Part shown: positions 57,858-64,000 of the stretch, one piece after another
How the letters are laid out: each line of letters opens with the position of its first letter
Position numbering within the stretch: the first letter of the stretch is position 1
Source: Vitrella brassicaformis CCMP3155
Lineage: Eukaryota > Protista > Chromerida
DNA: 64,000 nucleotides
Assembly (NCBI GenBank): GCA_001179505.1
Contig: CDMY01000646.1
Location: 62,001 to 126,000 of the forward strand
Reading direction: 5' to 3'
Program-made: the position numbers and the translations under genes
The notes under the pieces: model-generated
Told to the model about the DNA's origin: nothing
What the model saw: the letters and a program-made list of their open reading frames with translations, nothing else
Database searches by the model: none

Positions 57858-58555
57858 ATCCACACACCCCCTCCTCACGCACACGCCCACACCCACCTGG
57901 CAAAAAGGGCGAAGGAGAGCATCATGAATGTCTGCAGGGTGATCTCGACCTTCCGATGGAACGCCCCCCCTCCCAACTCCACCAATTGGTAGGTAATCAC
58001 CGGGCAGGTCACACAGTACTGCACATACTTGGCCGTGTCCACCTCGAACCCGTTGTCGAGGCGGATGTTGTCCAGCCTGCTCAGCTGCACCAGGTTGAAC
58101 AGGCCCGTGTACAGCAGCATGAACGAGTTGACCGCCGAGCAAAAGTTGAAGCGCCGCTCTCTCTCGTTGGGCACGTTCGGGTCGGGCCGCTTGTTCCACA
58201 GCCACAGGCCGAACGCTGCAGATGGACGGACAGACAAAGAGCAGTTCTCATCCCTCCCCGCCCCCGCTGCACACTGCACGGCAAACCTGAGAAAAAGATG
58301 GTTGAGAAGATCCTGGAGCCCAACTGACCAGCAGAGAGAGAGAGAGGGAGAGAGACCGACAGGCGTACAGCACAAACATACCCCGTCCCCCCCACGGGAA
58401 CCTACCACTGCGTCGCTGAGGTCCATGGGGCTGCCATCGTCGTCCTCTTTCTCTGGCGCTGACGTCTGGCCATAAGCGCCGGCCATCATCACGCTGCAGC
58501 AAGCCACCACGCCACCCAGTAGCAACCACCACGGTGACCTTTGTGCACCCGCCAT
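55868..58555 (-). CDS. Type-1 (microbial) rhodopsin with a signal peptide and a long cytoplasmic C-terminal tail (3' end uncertain)
   Basis: Signal peptide MAGAQRSPWWLLLGGVVACCSVMMAGAYG. Helix 3 DTAKYVQYCVTCPVI, helix 6 MLSWIPFPITWLIGPEG, helix 7 TVCDLVAKVGFSMYIF with the DxxxK Schiff-base Lys (codon 57303-57305). The tail has helical and Q/M/P-rich segments. Confidence 0.92.
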
Positions 58556-59269
58556 CCTTGGGGGAAAGGGGAGGGAGGGACGATATCGGGGCCGGATTTG
58601 GGGCCCGGCCCGGATCGTCGCATGCGCGTCACCTTGCCGTCGGACTCTGGCTGCACTCGTAGACGTGCGGCGATCGCGACGTTTGCGGCCGCATGATGGG
58701 AGAAAAGTCACCAAATGGACGGGGAGGGGAGATATATCCCGGGAACGACGCCGCCGTCATCAAAAGTCGGGGTGGGCGTATTTAAATGGTCAGACCCCAT
58801 ACGGACAGATACAATCGTCACTTCGGGCTGTGTAGATGAGTTCTCGAGATACACTGTAGGTGAGAAGCACCATTGCTTGTTGCTTGTTGCTTGTTTTGTG
58901 TGAGTGAGTGAGTGAGTGATGTCGATGGGTGGGTGGCTGGCTGGTGATTGAATGGATGGATGGCTGCAAGTGCATGGTGAATCAATGAGTCTGTTTCTCG
59001 TGAGAACGTGCTACCTGTGTCTGTGTGGTGTCGACGCCTGTCTGTGTGTACAGGCGGTGTGTCAGGATTGTTTTGAGAAGTGCATGGCCTGGCCTCCATG
59101 CCGACAAATTGCGCTTAACACACTCTCCCGCTGAAAAGAGGTTGAGTGAGTGTTTGATTCAGACAAATGGATTCGTGCATGAATGATTAACAAACGTGTA
59201 CTGTACACACGCGTTCACTCTCCCTGATCGATCAATCAATTCATCAGTCCGTCGTCAAAACCAACAACC

Positions 59270-60545
59270 ATGACTCAACGCGCTCTGCTGCTGGCGTGTT
59301 ATTGGTGTCTCATCGCCGCTCTCAGCAGCGGCTGCGATGCCTATCAGCTACCTGAAGCAATCACGCAGGAAGTCTCGGCGGCACTCATGCGGTCAGGCCA
59401 AACACACGAATCTCACTGCAGCGTACTTCATTTGCTTGTCAATGCAGGAAGCATGGCTCAGGATACGTGGCGTACTTCCGAGGCATGCTGGCCGACCTGG
59501 GCAACTCGACCATGGACGACAGCAACGACCTGCACATCATGCCGCCTCTCGACGACACAGACGAGCGGCAAATCACTCTGTCACTCAAACCTGACGAACA
59601 AACCATCTACGTCAGCCACACACACACACATACACACACCAGGCCACAGACAGACCGACAGACAGACACAGAGACACATAAATCCATGCATCCATCCATC
59701 CATCTGTCTGTCGTTCAGCATCGGATGGTGAGCATCCCTGGCGCGGAGGGGCAAGAGCGGCTCACACAGGCGGTGATGCGGCTGGTCAAGACCGAGTGGC
59801 GGAAGGTCAAGGCCATGCGCGACAAGTTCCTGACGCCCAACCAGGCCCGATTCCAGGAGATCAACGCACTGGCCAAGCAGCTTCCCTTTGCCAAGGGAGG
59901 CAACGCATACAACAACCAGTAAAAATGGATGGATGGATGGATGGGTGGGTGGGACACGACACTGTGTGTGTGTGTGTCGGTAGGAACACTGACACTCCAT
60001 GTGGGAGTGCAGCCGAGTGCGAGCGCATGCAGGAAATCGTCAACAAATGCTACTTCATCCGAAACGGGGCACAGACAGGTCAATGCGACAACCAACCAGG
60101 AGATTGATGGATGGATGCAGAGGTTGTGTGTCTGTTTTAGGTTACAACATGTTTTCGATGATCAACAGCGTGCTCGCAACTTTGATGGGCGTCCTGTGCG
60201 CGTGCATCTTCGTGTACAAGTGAGCCGGAGACACAGAGAGAGACAGAGACAGGGATGCATCCACCCATCCTCTCTCTGTGCCTTCGCATGTCAGGGTGCA
60301 GGTGTGTGCTTTGATCAACTTCGCATACGCATGCGTCTTCCCCGGCAAAGTGAGTACGTCGGCGCCTGTGCGCGTGTCTCATAACGCCCATCCATGTGTG
60401 TGTGTGTGTCCATTCGCGTGTGTGTGTGTCAGGTCTACACAGCTCTGTTCACCGCTCAGGGAGCATTTGGGAAGCCGTCAAGGCAACCACGACGCAGTGC
60501 CGCATGTACGGGGCGCCACAAGTCTCCATGCTGCCTGGTTTGTGA
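59270..60545 (+). CDS. Secreted Cys-rich hypothetical protein, multi-exon (1-bp frameshift in the last exon relative to its paralog)
   Basis: Signal peptide MTQRALLLACYWCLIAALSSGCDA, then CGSAAECERMQEIVNKCYFIR, GVLCACIFVY, VQVCALINFAYACVFPGK and TTTQCRMYG. It has caggGAGC at about 60450 where the paralog has caggCGAGC. Confidence 0.75.
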
Positions 60546-61288
60546 GAAAGTGACGTTCGAACAGACACAGACAGACACACAGACGTTCGCAATGATGAGT
60601 GAATGAATGGTTGAGTCCGTGTACACGAATGTCCAACAGTCGCACTCTCTCCTGTGCCACGCGCCAAGAGCGATGGGCAGCAGGAAGCATGAGCTAACAT
60701 GCTTCCCACTGGTCATCGCCGTGACTGCGCAACAGGGAAGAGCACCGACGGCTACGAAGACATACCCGCACTCTCACACGCTCGTCCGTTCGTGGGCCTG
60801 CCTGCTGCTAGTCTGCATCTGGAGAGCTAGCTGCCTACACTGCACAAGACTGTAGCTGGCGTGCGGTGAGCGGTCTTTCTCTCGCGCACGAGCCCTCTCT
60901 ACGGACGCATTGATCACGCATCTATACCCTTCCTTCATTGTACTGTACTCATCAAAATCGACCCGCCACGCACCACCACTTACCCACTTACCCACCTCTG
61001 GATAAAAATCAAAACGGCCAGAGGTGTGCTTACACAGTTTAGTCACACACAGACGTACAGACAGGAATGTAGATACGGCAAGGCTATGTACACTCGACTC
61101 ACGTACGTACGGACCCACACCGGCAGCCCAGACAGACAGAGGCGGCCGACCGACGGACCGAGCGACCGACACGTGAACCTCTCAAACACTCTCCCCCTCC
61201 CCCGCCCCCCCCTGCCTTCTCTCTCTGTACACACCACGCACATCCATGCATGCACACATGTACGTATCTATCTACCTGTCTTCCTCGC

Positions 61289-62987
61289 TCATTCCCACGT
61301 CTGCGACTCGATCTTGGGCCCTCTCGCCCTCTCGCCCGCCACCCCATCCAACACGCCAGCACCAGCACCACTGCCCCCGCCATTAATGACGCGAGCCGGT
61401 TGCTCGGTCTCGGTGGGGTTGTAGGGCTCGTGTGGCTCCAGAGCTGACTCGTTCCTCAGGGCGTAGAAGGCCATGCACGCGTGCGGCGATGACGTCACGC
61501 TCACAGATGCGTGCAACGCCTGGTGGTGGTGATGGAGAATAGAGAGGAAAGAACAGATTGCATACGCCTCAGATATGTGTGTGTGTGGTGCTGGCTGACC
61601 TCCAGGTGTGCGTGGGCGGTTTTGTTATTGCACATGATGAGCGTGGGGATGTCGTCACAATAATCGTCACGCACCTGACACAAAGCACAGGAAACAAACG
61701 GCATTTGATCGACCTGCGCGCCCACGTGTGAATCTGGACATCCACACCTTCTGCGCCAGCAGGCCCCCGGCTTTCGTGTTTCGATGCCCGTCGGCCTCCA
61801 TGCTGCAGGCGGCACAGACAACCGACCACGACACACACATCCACACACACACGGCAGAGCCGATATACATTGTCATCCATCGTGCCTCCCTCCCCACGCA
61901 TTGACGGACATGATCTGGTCGGTGATGATGTGCAGTGAGGGGCAGCAGAGCAGCGGCACCTGCACCTCCATCTCACCAAACCGGTAAGTGGCCCCAGACT
62001 CCAACGCATTCAACGCCAGACGGGGAGACGTCTTGACACTCACCTGCACCAATCACCCCATCCAAACGCAGATCAGATTGATACTCAATCAACATGTGGA
62101 TGTGTGTGCAGTGCAGTGCACACTGACCTGCCAGCCCTGGTCGCACGCGTCGTTCAGCAACTCGAGCACCGCTCCCGATGGACAGTCGCAGCACCACACG
62201 AGCTGTGGACTCGACGAGGCGTACCACACCAGCCGGAATTTGTCAACCCACGTCAGGTGGTCGCCCACCCGCCGATGCCGCTCCCACACCGCCGGCACCA
62301 CACACTCGGCGTCTCCCACAGACACCGTCCGCGACGTGGCACGCGTCGAGGTCCTGTCGTCTTCTTCACCAATCATGCCATCCAACTCTGCACAATCGCG
62401 TGGCTCCTCCGGCCCGTCGGAGGCCGCGTCGAGCGTCTCGATGGTCGGGGCGGGCTGTGGCCTGGCGAGGCGCAGCGGATGGCGGTTCTCGCGTAATGGG
62501 TGCGTGACGGACGTGCCGTTGGCCTGCAGTGTGGATGGGCCGTACAGAGGGAGGCTCCGTAGAGTCGGCAAAGATGCCAGAAGGCCTGCAACAGAGAGAG
62601 ACATTGATGTGCCTTAAGCATGTCCACAGATGGCGGCAAGATCTGGTCTGGGCGCGATTGGCCGAATGTACCTCTGTTCATCAATCTGCGCCAGAACGTC
62701 TCAGACAGGAAGCGCCGCCCAAACCGGTTGCGGCGCACCAACACAGGCCACATGTCCATCTGACAAACAAACAAACAAACACACACACACACAGAATTGC
62801 CAATGCACACATGCTGTCTGTCATCGCTCGGCGAGTGTTGGCGCACCTCTGCTGTGAGTGAGAGGCCCGTGTTGCTGGTCTGCATAAGGACGAAGAGGTC
62901 CTTGGCGCAGAGGAACGCCAGCAGCTCGGTGAACAGGGCATCTGGCACGTGCAGGATGCGGTCGGATGGACCCGCTGACGAGCCCAT
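61289..62987 (-). CDS. F-box domain protein, multi-exon
   Basis: The N-terminal ILHVPDALFTELLAFLCAKDLFVLMQTS..MWPVLV matches the F-box consensus. The downstream domain is unrecognised. Confidence 0.7.
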
Positions 62988-63309
62988 CTTGCCGCCTCGT
63001 CGTCAAACCCGATGGGTCAAGATGGTGAACGTCCCTCACTCTGCCCGACGGCTGGCGCCAGCCAGGGCTACCAAGCAACCTTTGCCCGGAAGGCGAGCTG
63101 TGAGAGGAAGGCTAAGCTCGCGGGCGCCAGCAGAAGGCGGCGTCCTAGACATTCAGTATGTTCAATACGTGATCCAGAAGCAGGTTATGAAGAGATCTCG
63201 TCTGGTGATGCACACACAGGTGAGTGAGCGCGTTTCCTTCGTCCTGTGTTTTGCATCTCCTGTTGGCTGCTTGCACTGCAGACGCGTCCCATCTGACTGC
63301 GCTCACTCG

Positions 63310-64000
63310 ATGAAGACCTCCACATCAGCGGGGAGGCGGCTTGACCGCATTCATCGACACTTCTCGTCCACCAGTGCTGCCAGGAGGAATGACAAATCAG
63401 CCACTCCCATGGGCTGGCTGTCCATCGGTGACGTATCGACGGCCATCTACAAGCCAGAGCGGCCCTCCCTGGTGCCACGTGGACACCACCTTTTCGGAGA
63501 GGGCTCACACGAGGTGCTGGATCACCACCGGTGGATGCTGCAGAAGGACCTCTCCCAACAGGACATGTGCCTCATCGGTCGGTCAGCTGCACAAAACGGA
63601 CGGGCGGAACAACACCCACACGTGGATGAGATGACCTGATGCATTACACTCCCTTATCCCCTGCGCTTGTCTGACTCACAGGCCCTCCTGGCTCATTCAG
63701 ACGGGAGCTGGTTTTGCGGTTCTGTGAGCTGACGCAGCGGGAGGTGGAGTACCTGTGCATCTCGCGCGACACGTCTGAGGGTGATCTCAAGCTGAGAAGG
63801 GAGCTGGGCGGCAACGCCACCTACTACGAGCAGCAGGCCCCGGTGCGTGCGGCCATCCATGGGCGAGTGCTGCTGATAGAGGGGCTGGAGAAGGCCGAGA
63901 GAAACGTCCTGCCGACGCTCAACAACCTGCTCGAGGTGGCTGACACACACACGGATGAAGCCCACGCACGCCCATCTTGGTCATTTCTGCTCTCTGCTCG
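63310..64000 (+). CDS. VWA8: VWA8 (KIAA0564) AAA+ ATPase homolog, 5' part truncated by the window end
   Basis: HRWMLQKDLSQQDMCLIG|PPGSFRRELVLRFCELTQREVEYLCISRDTSEGDLKLRREL..EQQAPVRAAIHGRVLLIEGLEKAERNVLPTLNNLLE is collinear with the first VWA8 AAA module. The Arg-rich N-terminus resembles a mitochondrial presequence. Confidence 0.93.

Larger units (their letters stand above)
1..64000. repeat. Pervasive intronic microsatellites: (CA)n/(GT)n, (CAGA)n/(TCTG)n, (GA)n/(CT)n, (GGAT)n/(CCAT)n
   Basis: Visible in most introns, e.g. 5529-5560, 16190-16340, 20355-20435, 22141-22185 and 55200-55320. Confidence 0.95.

Noticed and set aside
63012-63227. Upstream ATG exon as the N-terminus of VWA8
   Set aside because: Splicing its gtgagt donor to the acceptor near 63281 gives an immediate stop (acg cgt ccc atc tga). 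It is more likely a 5' UTR exon.

Overview
Eukaryotic, GC-rich, intron-dense genomic DNA. It has no prokaryotic operons, rRNA, tRNA or CRISPR features. Short introns full of (CA)n/(GT)n, (CAGA)n, (GA)n and (GGAT)n microsatellites, flagellar genes and a lineage-specific ankyrin-like family point to a chromerid alga, most likely Vitrella brassicaformis (inference, not verified). Genes were assembled by hand from exons, so their ends are approximate. Left to right: SABATH-type carboxyl methyltransferase, pepsin-like aspartic protease, frameshifted ankyrin-like family member, class II aldolase/adducin protein, TLC-domain protein, a long SAM-methyltransferase + TPR + Gfo/Idh/MocA fusion, TMEM216-like protein, Shaker-like K+ channel, MNS1, EF-hand protein, BTB-TLDc protein, degenerate methyltransferase, a mosaic of decayed IRAK/RLK-Pelle-like kinase and PP2C-like exons (36.7-46.5 kb and 49 kb), threonine synthase, a possible AP2-like protein, a signal-peptide microbial rhodopsin with an atypical helix-3 motif flanked by an inverted duplication of a secreted Cys-rich gene, an F-box protein and the 5' part of VWA8. 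Five 300-N gaps are present. The most notable observations are the atypical rhodopsin, the three-domain fusion gene, and the self-complementary 5'-(CA)n...(GT)n-3' intron architecture seen across the window.
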